DNA of 64,000 nt from Chloroflexota bacterium (GTDB taxonomy: Bacteria > Chloroflexota > UBA11872 > VXOZ01), in assembly GCA_964291655.2 (NCBI GenBank), contig OZ219802.1, forward strand, positions 2,240,001-2,304,000, given 5' to 3'. The notes below the pieces were generated by a model that worked only from the letters and a program-made list of their open reading frames with translations, searched no databases and was not told where the DNA came from. Positions 1 to 10,272 of the stretch are shown in pieces (within the stretch, counting starts at the first letter, position 1; the number at the start of each line of letters is the position of its first letter). A program made the translations under genes and the position numbers.

Positions 1-24
1 TTGCCCATCAACCCGGTCTATACA
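1..24. mobile_element. Terminal fragment of a second IS481-family copy (element lies mostly upstream of the window)
   Basis: TTGCCCATCAACCCGGTCTATACA matches 13474..13497 (the IS481 end) with one mismatch. It is followed by a half-hairpin ...GGGAGAGGGG. Confidence 0.8.
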
Positions 25-227
25 CCCGTCAAGGGAGAGGGGACAATCTACCTACCACATGGATTTTGCAAAAGTCTCCCTTAGGTGATGGGGCAAGCCT
101 CGCCTCCCGTTCCGGTTGAGCTATGTTCTCCCAAGGCATAAGGTGTCGTTGTGCCCGGTTTCCCTGATCGTGCATGGGTGTGTCTACGGCGACAGCTCAC
201 TGCACTTCCTATCCATTGCCTCGTGCC

Positions 228-257
228 TTGAACCGACAGCGCATTTTGCACTATACT
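228..257 (+). promoter_or_regulatory. Putative sigma70 promoter of yhhQ
   Basis: TTGAAC-N18-TATACT upstream of the AGGAGG RBS. Confidence 0.4.
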
Positions 258-312
258 GCCTGCGAAGCGTTAGGCAAACTAAAGCGCCGACACATAGGAG
301 GTCCGAGAGCAA

Positions 313-1065
313 ATGCGGTTTTCCGGCAAGCTCGTCATCATCATCGCGCTGGCAGTTAGCGTGCTGCTGGTCAGCAACGTCATCGCTGCCAAACCTCTCT
401 CGCTCTTCGAATTGCCTTTCGAATTCCTTGGAAGCACCAGTTACATAGTATCCGTTGCCGTCATATGTTTCCCGTTGAGCTACATTATCAGCGATGTTCT
501 CACGGAGGTGTACGGCTTTCGTGTGGCGCGCGGTGTGATTTGGCTGGGCTTTGCCTGTAACCTCCTTATGGTCATCATCTTTTTCATTGGAGGCGCTATC
601 CCCGGTGCCGTTTTCTGGGAAGACCAAGACGCCTACGAGACCATCCTGGGCACCACCGGTTGGGTCTTGGCGGGCTCGTTCGTGGCCTACCTGATAGGCG
701 AGTTTTCCAATGCAATGGTAATGGTTGTCTTGAAGAACCGGACGGCAGGCCGCCATCTATGGCTCCGCACTATATCGTCGACGTTCGTCGGCCAAGGTGT
801 CGACTCGATTATGTTCTACGGCATTGCCTTCGGCATCTCCGGTATATGGCCTATGATGGATGTTGTGCGCGCCATGATACTTGCGTGGATCGCCAAGACT
901 ATCTACGAAATCGTCGCGACACCGGTGACGTACCTGGTTGTGGGCTGGCTCAAGCGCACCGAACGCATGGATATCTACGATGCGCCCCACTCCATGAATC
1001 CGTTCGGTATTTTCGGCGGCGACCCGGAGACTAGCGTCAACGCAGCGGAAACCGCCGAGGCGTGA
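313..1065 (+). CDS. yhhQ: Queuosine precursor (preQ0/preQ1) transporter, YhhQ/Vut_1 family
   Basis: Multi-TM protein with FPLSYIISDVLTEVYG, SFVAYLIGEF and WLRTISST..GQ..DS motifs; RBS AGGAGG; adjacent to queF. Confidence 0.9.
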   Translation: MRFSGKLVIIIALAVSVLLVSNVIAAKPLSLFELPFEFLGSTSYIVSVAVICFPLSYIISDVLTEVYGFRVARGVIWLGFACNLLMVIIFFIGGAIPGAVFWEDQDAYETILGTTGWVLAGSFVAYLIGEFSNAMVMVVLKNRTAGRHLWLRTISSTFVGQGVDSIMFYGIAFGISGIWPMMDVVRAMILAWIAKTIYEIVATPVTYLVVGWLKRTERMDIYDAPHSMNPFGIFGGDPETSVNAAETAEA

Positions 1066-1159
1066 TTCTTGCCCTCGGCTCAGTGCTGCGAAGTGGCGCA
1101 GCGTGCCTGTTGTCGACCGCTGGTATCTACTGACCGCGACGACCTGCCCCCTCTCCCTC

Positions 1160-1438
1160 TGAAAACCCCCGTATCGGGTTGATACGCTGTATCGAGGTAC
1201 GGGGCAGGCTTTGCTTAACCCCGGCCGGAGACGCAAAGATTACTCCTTCTCCCTGGGGAGAGGGCCGGGGTTAGGGGATGTCTGCGTAAGCCATCATCTT
1301 TACCAGCAAGACCGATACGCAAGAGTACAATAACGGGAAGAGAGCTCCCGGGTTGCGGGAAAATCTTCCCTCACCCTAACCCTCTCCTGCCGGGAGAGGG
1401 GACATCCCCGTCCCGGCAAGGGTATTGCAAAGATCTCC
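1160..1438. mobile_element. MITE-like element (GGAGA..TTGC / GCAA..TCTCC end family) containing two inverted CCCTCTCCC..GGGAGAGGG hairpins
   Basis: Right end TATTGCAAAGATCTCC; 1252..1438 is clearly homologous to 15839..16047. The left end is disrupted by a CCCCGTATCGA..ACGGGGCAGGC repeat. Confidence 0.55.
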
Positions 1439-1567
1439 ACTGGGCGAGGACCGGGGCGAGGGGGTGAATTGCGCCACGAGAGTCGGAATTTGCTCACAGC
1501 ATGAAAAGTCCGCCACGGTTTCACAAGTGCGCGAGGACTCCCACGCAAGCCGGTGAGACAGTCAACC

Positions 1568-2014
1568 CTATTCGGCAGCGGAATCCTCAGGCGGGTACCG
1601 CACTGTCACCACCGTGTGCAAACCGCCCCGGGGCGTGTAGTCCAAGCATACTGACATGGTGCGCGGGTCGCACGCCAGCACAAGATCATCGAGAATCCGG
1701 CTGGCGGCGTGTTCCTGCACTATGCCCACCGGCCGGAAAGAGAGCAGGTAGTACTTGAGCGACTTGAGCTCGAGGCAATGCGCGCGCGGTACATAGATGA
1801 TAGTCAGGTCGCCGGTGTCCGGTAGCCCGGTCCACGGGCAGACTGCCGTGAACTCGTGGGTATCGATCACCACCTCAGCCGGATTGTCGGGGTAGTCATA
1901 GGGAAAGGTGAGCAGGAAACCTGGGTCTATCGCATCCTCACCGGCGACATCCAGTTTGATATCCAACGCTGCATAGCGTTCCTTGATGTCATCGATCGAT
2001 TCTGTCACCGGCAT
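1568..2014 (-). CDS. queF: NADPH-dependent 7-cyano-7-deazaguanine (preQ0) reductase, unimodular QueF
   Basis: EFTAVCPWTGLPD catalytic Cys/Asp, ELKSLKYY QueF motif, PRGG C-terminal motif. Confidence 0.93.
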   Translation of the reverse strand: MPVTESIDDIKERYAALDIKLDVAGEDAIDPGFLLTFPYDYPDNPAEVVIDTHEFTAVCPWTGLPDTGDLTIIYVPRAHCLELKSLKYYLLSFRPVGIVQEHAASRILDDLVLACDPRTMSVCLDYTPRGGLHTVVTVRYPPEDSAAE

Positions 2015-2170
2015 CTCCTTATTGTGCTTTCTTGGGACGCAACTGGCTACGGCACACTCTCTATTGTAATGCTATTGTGAGTTTTGGCCGCAAAGGCTCC
2101 TGGTAAACCACTACCAGGGACTGCGAGACTTGAAGCAGAGGCAGCCGGATTTGCGTGTTCTAGTTTTGCC

Positions 2171-2956
2171 ATGATCATCGACGTGCACGTGCATTACCGC
2201 TCGGACGGGCAGTTTGCGCAGGCGCTGCGTCTGGCCGAGCGGCTTGATATGGTGCTCTGCCTAAACTCCATCAACCTGGAGGGCACGGTCTCGCCGCACT
2301 TTCCGTCGGCAGAGTTCGTGGCCGCCTGCAACGACCGCACGGCAGCGGCGGCCCGGGAGCACCCGCAGCGCATCATTCCCTTCTGGTACCTCAATCCGGT
2401 ACTCGCTGATGCCGCTCGCGCGGAGCTGCGGCAGCGTGTCGGGCGACACAAGGGTCCTCAGGGCGTGAAGCTCTGGATGGCGGCGAAAGGCAATGATCCG
2501 CGCGTTGATGCCACGCTCGGCCTCTGCGGGCAGTACCATCTGCCGGTGCTGCAACACACGAATATCGAGGCCGGCGGCACGCTGCCCACCGAAACTACGC
2601 CGCAGGAGATGCGTGAAATGGCGCTGCGGCACCCCGACGTGACGTTTCTGTGGGGTCATGCCGGCAGCGATTACGAGTACGGCGTGAAGTGCGCCCGTGA
2701 CCTGGACAACGTGCTGATGGACATCGGCGGCAATGAGGCCACGAACGGTTACACCGAAATGCTGGTACGCTACCTGGGGGCGGAGCGCGTCGTCTACGGC
2801 AGCGACGCCACCGGCAGGTCGTTCACGTCGCAACTGGCAAAGGTGTACGGCGCGGACATCTCATGGGACGTGAAGGAGATGATTCTCCACCGCAATGCGG
2901 CGGCGCTCTTCGCGCGGCAAGGCTATGATGAGAATGCAGAGGGAGAGTCCTTGTGA
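2171..2956 (+). CDS. Amidohydrolase_2-family metal-dependent hydrolase
   Basis: IDVHVH metal motif, GVKL, LPVLQH, GHAG, YGSD. Start moved to ATG 2171. Confidence 0.85.
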   Translation: MIIDVHVHYRSDGQFAQALRLAERLDMVLCLNSINLEGTVSPHFPSAEFVAACNDRTAAAAREHPQRIIPFWYLNPVLADAARAELRQRVGRHKGPQGVKLWMAAKGNDPRVDATLGLCGQYHLPVLQHTNIEAGGTLPTETTPQEMREMALRHPDVTFLWGHAGSDYEYGVKCARDLDNVLMDIGGNEATNGYTEMLVRYLGAERVVYGSDATGRSFTSQLAKVYGADISWDVKEMILHRNAAALFARQGYDENAEGESL

Positions 2957-3014
2957 GAATGGGCGCGTTGCATGGCGCGTGGCTTACGCCGGTGCTTAAC
3001 CCTGGAGCGAAGAC

Positions 3015-3244
3015 CGGGGGACAAGCCCCCGCGCTACGAAAAGACGCGAGAAGGCGGATGACAAGAGCCCGAACCGTAGTCAAGAAACTGCGCTATTGAG
3101 GTCGTCGTTCCCGCGAAAGTTCGCTCCCGTGCGGGAGCGCGGAATCCGTATTCTCCGTGTAACGTGATCCGGCGGGTCGGCGGGGGACAAGCCCCCGCGC
3201 TACGGCAAGACCTGAAGAAGCAGGGGACAAGCCCCCGCGTTACG
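3015..3244. repeat. Cluster of GCGGGGGACAAGCCCCCGCGCTAC palindromic (REP-like) repeats (3 copies) plus a GTCGTTCCCGCG..GCGGAATCC hairpin
   Basis: Copies near 3015, 3180 and 3222; the same family occurs near 22068, 29874, 41030, 41127 and 47236. Confidence 0.8.
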
Positions 3245-3375
3245 GCAAGGCACGCGAAGGTAGCGGGCAAGTACCTGCGCTGCGGCACATGAATTGAACG
3301 CCTTCTCGCATGAACAAGCGTACATTGACGGGGACGAGATGCTGAGTTGAAGAGTTCACTCCCTGGGGTGAAGCC

Positions 3376-4152
3376 ATGATTTACGACGTGCACGTACACT
3401 TCCGCAGCGTGGGGATGATGCAGCGGGCGCTCGCCCGGGCCGAGCGCCTCGACATGATGCTCTGCACGAACAGCATCAATCTGGAAGGCAGCAGTTCGCC
3501 CAACTTTCCTTCGCGCGAATTCGTAACCGCCTGCAACGACCGCACCCTAGGACTCGCGCAGCAGCATCCAGAGCGCGTGATTCCGTTTTGGTACCTCAAT
3601 CCGGTGCACGGGCAGTACGCATGCGATGAGCTAGAACGACGCGCGAAAGGCTTCCGCGGCCGCCAAGGAGTCAAGCTCTGGGAAGCGGTCCGGGGCAACG
3701 ACCCGCAGGTGGACGGTATCATGCAAATCTGCGCCGCGTACCGCCTGCCGGTCTTGCAGCACACATTTGCGGAGGTCACGGGCAATCTGCCCTCCGAGAC
3801 CAGCGGCCCGGACATGCGGGAGATGGCGCTGCGGCACCCGGATGTCACCTTCTTCTTCGGCCATGCCGCCGGTGACATCGAGGTGGGCGCCAAGTGCGCC
3901 CTCGGCCTTCCCAACGTTCTCATGGACGTTGGCGGCAACGAGGCCGTGAACGGTTACACGGAGATTCTGGTAAAGCACGTCGGCGCAGAGCATGTGGTCT
4001 ACGGCAGCGACGCTTCCGGACGGTCGTTTTCGTCGCAGCTTGCCAAGGTGTTTGGGGCCGACCTCACGCCGGAGGACAAGAATCAGATTCTCTACGCCAA
4101 TGTGCAAAGCCTCTTCGACCGGCAACAAGAGCTCGACAGTGCTAGTATTTGA
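3376..4152 (+). CDS. Amidohydrolase_2-family hydrolase, close paralog of 2171..2956
   Basis: DVHVH, NSINLEG, IPFWYLNP, EMALRHPDVTF and YGSDA.GRSF are shared with the upstream paralog. Confidence 0.85.
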   Translation: MIYDVHVHFRSVGMMQRALARAERLDMMLCTNSINLEGSSSPNFPSREFVTACNDRTLGLAQQHPERVIPFWYLNPVHGQYACDELERRAKGFRGRQGVKLWEAVRGNDPQVDGIMQICAAYRLPVLQHTFAEVTGNLPSETSGPDMREMALRHPDVTFFFGHAAGDIEVGAKCALGLPNVLMDVGGNEAVNGYTEILVKHVGAEHVVYGSDASGRSFSSQLAKVFGADLTPEDKNQILYANVQSLFDRQQELDSASI

Positions 4153-4396
4153 TGGGTGGGGGCTTTGTCAAGAGGGGCAAGCTTTGACCCTACCGGGTAG
4201 CACGTCTCTCTAGTTGCCTACGTGAGCCGGAGAAGATGAGTGGCCCAACAACATTGCAATGATGGGCAGGCGTAAGAGACAGCGCGAGGAAACGGCGTAG
4301 GTTACGCGTACGGGACGTACCGCCCGTCCCGTGCGAACTAACACTACCCATCAGCACAAGAACATCGAACCACTAGATCCCGTCTTGCGCCGGAAT

Positions 4397-4596
4397 TGTA
4401 ATTGCCAGGTAATTCGTTGACAGATTTGAGAACAAAAGCAACTGAACGCAGTACTCTACATGAACAGTACACATGTCATTCCGAACGGAGCGCAGCGAAG
4501 AGAGGAATCTAGGATGTTGAGCCTATTGTGCGACACGTTGCATGGGCCCTAGATTCCTCGCTCCGCTCGGAATGACATGATCTGTCAACACTTACA
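4397..4596. mobile_element. TGTAA..TTACA-ended MITE (IS481-like termini) with 5-bp TSD GGAAT
   Basis: GGAAT|TGTAATTGCCAGGTAATTCGTTGACAGA...CACTTACA|GGAAT; homologous copies at 31013, 32560, 46928 and 51289. Confidence 0.75.
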
Positions 4597-4642
4597 GGAA
4601 TGACGGAGAGCGTGCCAATTCAGACTGATAGGTTTCCACCCA

Positions 4643-5476
4643 ATGATTGACGCAAATGCCTTTCTCGGCGAGTGGCCGTTCCGCCGCCTGCCCTATGCCC
4701 AACCGGAAGACCGACTGCGCAAGATGGACGCCCTCGGCATCGAGAAGGCAGTGGTCTCGCGGTTGGAAAACGTCTTCTATAAAGACCTCCTGGTGGGCAA
4801 CGAGGAACTCCACGCCATCGTGCGGCGGTATCCCGACCGCTTTATTCCTGCGTACACGATCAATCCGGGCTTTCCCGGCTGGGAACACGACCTGGAGGTC
4901 TGCATCAACGACTTCGGCATGTGCAACCTGCGCCTGCACCCGAACTATCATCAATACAGCCGCCTCAAGGGCAACGTGCCGCGCATAGCCGAGGCCCGGG
5001 GCTATCCCAATTACCAGCAGTACCATTTCCTCGACGACCAGGCGCAGGCGCTGCTGGGCAAGGCCGAGGAACATAATCTGGTGGTGCTGATCTCAATTGG
5101 TGTGGAAGACCCCCGCTTTGCGCATTGGTTGATGAAAGTACCCTCGGTAACAACAATCGACGCGGCGGAAGCGGTGAACGGCTTTCCGGGTGTGCGCTTC
5201 CTGGTCTGCGGGGCTACCTTTTCCGAGGTGCGCAGCCTCTGGTCGACCGCCTATCACCAGGACAACCTCTACTTCGAAAACTCCCGCGTGCAGGGGCCCA
5301 TCGGCGACGTGGACGACCTCTGCGCGCTCATGGGTCCGGACCGCCTGCTCTTCGGCTCGAATCTGCCGATAAACTACGCCGAATCCGCCAAGCTCAGTAT
5401 CGAGTATGCTGAGGTTGGCGCTGACGTGAAGCAGGCGCTCTTTCGTGGCAACGCGGAGCGACTGTTTGGCGTCTAG
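4643..5476 (+). CDS. Amidohydrolase-fold protein (DANAFLGEWPF subtype)
   Basis: N-terminal IDANAFLGEWPFR, LRLHPNYH, LLFGSNLP, NAERLF. Confidence 0.8.
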   Translation: MIDANAFLGEWPFRRLPYAQPEDRLRKMDALGIEKAVVSRLENVFYKDLLVGNEELHAIVRRYPDRFIPAYTINPGFPGWEHDLEVCINDFGMCNLRLHPNYHQYSRLKGNVPRIAEARGYPNYQQYHFLDDQAQALLGKAEEHNLVVLISIGVEDPRFAHWLMKVPSVTTIDAAEAVNGFPGVRFLVCGATFSEVRSLWSTAYHQDNLYFENSRVQGPIGDVDDLCALMGPDRLLFGSNLPINYAESAKLSIEYAEVGADVKQALFRGNAERLFGV

Positions 5477-5614
5477 CTGTGCTGCCGAAGGTTGGCAGGT
5501 ATACATCTGCCAGCCTGTGGGCAGACACCGCATGGGCAAAGAAATAGTCCGCGTCTTGCCGGCGCAACGATTGTCGAGAGGATCATTAGACGTTCCCCAG
5601 AAGGAGGACCAGCT

Positions 5615-5935
5615 ATGAGTTTTTTGCGCTCCTATGGCGGCTTGACCACCATTGCGTGGGTGAGTGCCCTTGTCTTTGTTGCCTCGATCACGGACGCTTC
5701 GCTCACCGATAGCGAAGTGGCTGCCCGGATGGCTTACGGCCTGGCGGCAGTCGCCGCCGTGGTTGTAGTGGTGCTGATATTCGCGCTGCGCAGGCTGAAG
5801 AGCCGGGCTGAGAGCAAGGTCACGGCGTCTGAGCCAATTCTCCTGACGGACATCCAGGTCCTGGCGAAGTCCAACTCAGGACTGCTGGAGGATGCCCTCG
5901 CCCTGCATGCCTCTCAGAAGGACGAGGCGGACTAA
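5615..5935 (+). CDS. Hypothetical small membrane protein (2 TM)
   Basis: AGGAGG RBS before ATG 5615; two hydrophobic segments. Confidence 0.6.
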   Translation: MSFLRSYGGLTTIAWVSALVFVASITDASLTDSEVAARMAYGLAAVAAVVVVVLIFALRRLKSRAESKVTASEPILLTDIQVLAKSNSGLLEDALALHASQKDEAD

Positions 5936-6050
5936 CCGGTACGCTGCATTCGTTGGCCAGGTGAGAGCCGGCTCACATTCCAGTTTTGACTTCGCTGCGC
6001 CACAGCCCAAGATTGGAGCTACTGGCGCAAGGGTGCAAACGATTAGAGTG

Positions 6051-6079
6051 TTGACGAACCCCATGGTGAGGCATATAGT
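6051..6079 (+). promoter_or_regulatory. Putative sigma70 promoter of the solute-binding protein gene
   Basis: TTGACG-N17-TATAGT. Confidence 0.55.
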
Positions 6080-6255
6080 ATGAACAAGTGCAGCGAAGGG
6101 AAACAAAAAAGGAGGTGCAAACCCGAAATCCGCTCACTGCTCCGCATGTCTTTATTTACTGAACATCCCAGACTGTGCGCACGCACCAGAAGGTGCGAAG
6201 TAGCGGGCCGGAGAAGTCAAGAATCGCAGTGGTGCAAACCAAGGAGAAGCTACGC

Positions 6256-7617
6256 ATGTCCACGACGAAACTGACCCGACGCACGGTTCTCGGCGGCACA
6301 CTCGGAGTTGCCGGCGCCGCATTGCTCGCCGCTTGCGGCACGGTGCAGACCGCAGCCCCGGCGGAGCAACAAGAGGAAATGGCCCCCAAAGAGGCGGCCC
6401 AAGAAGCGCCCGCCATGGAGCACACGCCCGTGTGGGCCGTGTGGATGGGCGACGAGACCAGCCAGCTACGCTGGAACACCGCCATGGAGCTCTTCGGGGA
6501 AGAAAACCCCGAGGTCACGTGGAGGATCACCTGGGAGCACTGGAAGCGCAGCCTGCCGCCGTTGTTGGCCGCCGGTGAAATCCCGGACATCGCGAATACG
6601 TCGTCAGCCCCCCACATTCTGGTCGACAACTGGCTGGATGCCGGCCCCATCATGTCGGCCGCCGGCATCAATCAGGCCGACTACGCCGGGCGGCTCTTCG
6701 AGGCCGTTACCTGGCGCGGCAAGACCATGGGCGTTCCCACCGGCTCGAACACCACCGCGCTCTTCTATAGAGGCGACATGTTCGATGAAGCCGGCCAGAA
6801 TCCGCCGACGAGTGACATGTCCTGGGAAGAGACCATCGCGGTTTCCGCCGACATTGCCGGCCGCCTGAACCAAGGCGAGGAGCGCGCGCGCTGGGGTATC
6901 TCTACCATGAGCTACGCCTGGAGTTACTTCCCGCTCCTCTACGCGGGCATGTTGGATACCGACGGCAACGTCGTGGTGAACCGCGACATCGCCGTGCACC
7001 TCGTGCAGTTGATCATGCAGGACTCGATTGAGAAGTTCCGCGCCGCCCCCACGCGGGAAGACCTTGCGGCCACGGAAGACTATTACGGCACCGGGGTCTT
7101 CCCCACCGGTAAGGTGGCCATGGTGCCGGGCGGCACGTTCATCTTGAAGCCGTTCCGCGAAGCCGACCCGTTCGCGTTCTCCACGGTGGAAGTGCCCTAT
7201 ACGGAAGTAACGGGTACCAGGGTGCGCGGCGCCTTCAACGGGCACGAGCAGATGAGCCTGCTGGCCGGCGGCGCGGAAAACCCGGATGCGCAGAAGTTCG
7301 CAATCTGGACGATGGGGGAGGAGCACCAACGCTGGATGGGCGGCGAGGGCTGGTCGGTGCCGGCGCTGAATGCGGCGGCGGACACGTTCGCGCCGCCGGC
7401 GGACGATCCGCGGCCCGCCGACCAGAGCGCGTTCGTCAAGGCCATTAGCTACGCCACCAGCTACTTCGCGCACCCGGCCTCCAGCGCGATCGCCTCCGCG
7501 GGCACCGGCCCGCTCCGCGCCTTCGTGGAAGAAGGGGCGCTCACCGCCGAGGAGACCGTGGACCTGGCTATCGACCAGATGCAAGCCGCAGTGGACGAAT
7601 GGGAGAGCAACCAGTAG
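6256..7617 (+). CDS. Tat-exported ABC extracellular solute-binding lipoprotein (family 1, sugar-type)
   Basis: LTRRTVL twin-arginine signal, LAAC lipobox, LFYRGDMFDEAG, GKVAM; RBS AAGGAG. Confidence 0.85.
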   Translation: MSTTKLTRRTVLGGTLGVAGAALLAACGTVQTAAPAEQQEEMAPKEAAQEAPAMEHTPVWAVWMGDETSQLRWNTAMELFGEENPEVTWRITWEHWKRSLPPLLAAGEIPDIANTSSAPHILVDNWLDAGPIMSAAGINQADYAGRLFEAVTWRGKTMGVPTGSNTTALFYRGDMFDEAGQNPPTSDMSWEETIAVSADIAGRLNQGEERARWGISTMSYAWSYFPLLYAGMLDTDGNVVVNRDIAVHLVQLIMQDSIEKFRAAPTREDLAATEDYYGTGVFPTGKVAMVPGGTFILKPFREADPFAFSTVEVPYTEVTGTRVRGAFNGHEQMSLLAGGAENPDAQKFAIWTMGEEHQRWMGGEGWSVPALNAAADTFAPPADDPRPADQSAFVKAISYATSYFAHPASSAIASAGTGPLRAFVEEGALTAEETVDLAIDQMQAAVDEWESNQ

Positions 7618-7747
7618 TCCGCACATAGGCCTGACAAAGGAAACGCTTGCCTTGCGCGAGAACATGGCATGTTGATGGCGTAGAGCACAAGCCAATGCGC
7701 TATCTGCTCCCTCTCCCCGTGAGAGGGCCAGGATGAGGGCACAATCC

Positions 7748-7775
7748 GTAGGGGCACGATATATCGTGCCCCTAC
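7748..7775. repeat. GTAGGGGCACGA..TCGTGCCCCTAC palindromic REP-like repeat
   Basis: Near-perfect palindrome; further copies near 45515 and 52981. Confidence 0.75.
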
Positions 7776-7953
7776 TGTCGTCTAGAGATCGGTGCGCCCC
7801 ATTCGTCTCCATCGTATAAGCATCGCGATCCGCACATTTGTTCAACGCGTTCCACGCCTCCTGAGCCAGGCGCATACACTATAATGACACCAGCGAGACT
7901 TTGGCATAGATGAGCAATTCATGTGATGGCATAGGGCATTGAAGGAACGACCA

Positions 7954-9450
7954 ATGGATACCCAACTCACGCAATCCGAGACCGACCCGAAGACCGTCGC
8001 TCCCAGGCTCCGCAACTATGTGGGCGGCCAGTGGGTCACGCCGCAGACCGACAACTACCTGGACGTGACGAATCCGGCAAACGGCGACGTGATTGCCCAG
8101 GTACCGCTCTCCTCCAAGGAAGATACCGACGCGGCAGTGGCGGCGGCGCATGCGGCCTTTCCTGCCTGGCGCGCCACGCCGCCATTGGAGCGCTCGCGTT
8201 TGCTCTTTGCGGTCAAAGCGCGCATGGAAGAGCGCTTTGAGGACTTCGCCCAAGCCGTTACGCGAGAGCACGGCAAGACGCTGGAAGACGCCCGCGGCTC
8301 TGTGCGCCGCGCCATTGAGAATGTGGAGGTGGCCTGCGGCATTCCCTCGCTCCTCATGGGCTACGGTCTGGAGGACGGCGCGGCCAAGGGTATTGACGAA
8401 GACGTGGTGCGCCAGCCGCTGGGCGTTTTTGCGGCGGTGTGTCCGTTCAACTTTCCGCTCATGGTGCCGTTCTGGTTCTGGCCCTATGCCGTGGCGTGCG
8501 GCAATACCTACATCATCAAGCCCTCCGAGCAGGTGCCGACGAGCATGCAGCTCGTGTTCGAGGAGCTGGACGCCTGCGGCTTTCCGCCCGGCGTCATTAA
8601 TGTCGTGAACGGGTCCAAAGAGGCCGTGGACGCCCTGCTCGATAGTCCGCAGGTGCGGGGCATCTCCTTTGTCGGCTCCACGCCGACGGCACGCTATCTC
8701 TACGCCCGCGCGGGCGAGCAGGGCAAGCGCGTGCAGGCCCAGGGCGGCGCGAAGAACGTGATCGTGGTCATGCCCGATGCCGCGCTGGACGAGACGGTGG
8801 GCAACGTGATCAACTCCGCGTTTGGCTCCGCGGGACAACGCTGCCTCGCCGGTTCGGTGGTGGTGACCGTGGGCGCGGGACACGAACGCGTGCGCGACGC
8901 CATTGTGGAAGCGGCGGGTTCTTTGGCAGTTGGCAACGGTGCGGATGAAGACGTCGAGCTCGGTCCGGTCATCTCGCAATCCGCCAAAGAGCGCATTCTC
9001 GGCTACATCGACCGCGGCGAGGCTGAAGGCGCGGCGCTGCTCCTCGACGGCCGCGCGGCAGCGGCAGAACAGGACGCCAACGGCGCGTTCGTCGGCGCGA
9101 CAATCTTCGACCAAGTCCAGCCCGACATGGCGCTCTTCACCGACGAAATTTTCGGCCCGGTGCTCAGTATGCTCCACGTGGAGACGCTCGACGACGCCAT
9201 TACGCTGATCGAGAATCAACGCTACGGCAACGCCGCGTCCATTTTCACGCAGGACGGCGCGGCGGCCCGCGAGTTCCGCTATCGCGCCCCCACCGGCAAC
9301 ATCGGCATCAACGTGGGCGTGGCCGCGCCCATGGCCTACTTCCCTTTCAGCGGCGCGAAAGAGTCCTTCTTCGGCACCCTCCACGGCCAAGGCCGCGATG
9401 CGATCGACTTCTTCACCGAGCGGAAAGTGGTGATTACGCGGTGGTTCTGA
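7954..9450 (+). CDS. mmsA: CoA-acylating (methyl)malonate-semialdehyde dehydrogenase
   Basis: ALDH fold: PFNFP, KPSEQ, SFVGS, GKRVQAQGGAKN, AGQRC, EIFGPV, NIGVAAPMAYFPF-like segment, C-terminal KVVITRW. Confidence 0.88.
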   Translation: MDTQLTQSETDPKTVAPRLRNYVGGQWVTPQTDNYLDVTNPANGDVIAQVPLSSKEDTDAAVAAAHAAFPAWRATPPLERSRLLFAVKARMEERFEDFAQAVTREHGKTLEDARGSVRRAIENVEVACGIPSLLMGYGLEDGAAKGIDEDVVRQPLGVFAAVCPFNFPLMVPFWFWPYAVACGNTYIIKPSEQVPTSMQLVFEELDACGFPPGVINVVNGSKEAVDALLDSPQVRGISFVGSTPTARYLYARAGEQGKRVQAQGGAKNVIVVMPDAALDETVGNVINSAFGSAGQRCLAGSVVVTVGAGHERVRDAIVEAAGSLAVGNGADEDVELGPVISQSAKERILGYIDRGEAEGAALLLDGRAAAAEQDANGAFVGATIFDQVQPDMALFTDEIFGPVLSMLHVETLDDAITLIENQRYGNAASIFTQDGAAAREFRYRAPTGNIGINVGVAAPMAYFPFSGAKESFFGTLHGQGRDAIDFFTERKVVITRWF

Positions 9451-9794
9451 CGCTATCTCGACTACCTTTGGCGACGTTCCTTCAAGTGATGTCATTCCGA
9501 GCGCAGCGAGGAATCTAGGGTTCTCGAAAGAGTGTCAAAGGGATTGGCAAGAGAGGCTGGGGACTAACGAGTGGGTAAGAGCCAGCGCATAGTTCTTGAC
9601 CGGAGAGCCTTCTTGCAGTTCTCAGGCGCACGCCTCGGTGTATGTTGAGAACGCTCGTTCTTGACGGTATAATCTCTGCGTGATCTTGCTCTCGAATGAA
9701 GATGGATTCCCGCGTGCGCGGGAATGACGGAAAACGGTGTTCTGATCTCAGAATGATGTCGGACTGTGCGGCTCAAGAGCCGCAGTTAGGAGAC

Positions 9795-10103
9795 ATGGCC
9801 CAGATGCCGATGCGGGAAGAACAAGCGTTGTGGTGTGTGGAGTGGGGCAAGCGCGCCACCGAGGGACGGTACTATCCAGACGGGTACTCGCTGCATACGT
9901 CCTTGGCCGACGCCGAAGAGTATCAGCAGGTCAACCTGACGCGCTCCATGGCCGCCACCCAGTGGCAGGGCGAACCCCGCGTGCTCCTGCGCAAGCCCTA
10001 CCGCTGCCTGGTGCCTGATTGGCAGCACCAGCAGACCCTGGCCAGCGACATCGGCGCCCACTTCAGCGGCGCCTCTCCCATGCCGCTCCCAGAGGCCGGT
10101 TGA
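9795..10103 (+). CDS. Hypothetical protein
   Basis: AGGAG RBS before ATG 9795; coding-like codon usage; no recognised family. Confidence 0.55.
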   Translation: MAQMPMREEQALWCVEWGKRATEGRYYPDGYSLHTSLADAEEYQQVNLTRSMAATQWQGEPRVLLRKPYRCLVPDWQHQQTLASDIGAHFSGASPMPLPEAG

Positions 10104-10272
10104 GGGGACAATTGTCTTTCAGCGCTGCCTCATCTCACATGCCAAGTCACAGTGCAGTTCGTCGCTGCAATTGCCGCGCTTCCTTCTTGCATTGTCCGCG
10201 AAAGTGCAAGAGAAATCTTGGACACTCTCCATCTCGCGGAGACCCTCTGGTTCCCTCTCCCGGGGGAGAGGG

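Noticed and set aside
257-290. Possible preQ1 riboswitch before yhhQ (TGCCT..AGGCA hairpin plus AACTAAAG tail)
   Set aside because: The loop lacks the conserved preQ1-I nucleotides and the stem overlaps the predicted -10/TSS. An Infernal search would be needed to revive it.
3015-3244. Repeated 24-bp units as a CRISPR array
   Set aside because: Irregular spacing, dispersed copies across the window and no cas genes; these are REP-like palindromes.
6604-9495. Long antisense ORFs 6604..7875 and 7879..9495 (also 14089..15699, 53317..54849, 60471..61427)
   Set aside because: Shadow ORFs opposite well-supported genes in GC-rich DNA, with no recognisable motifs.
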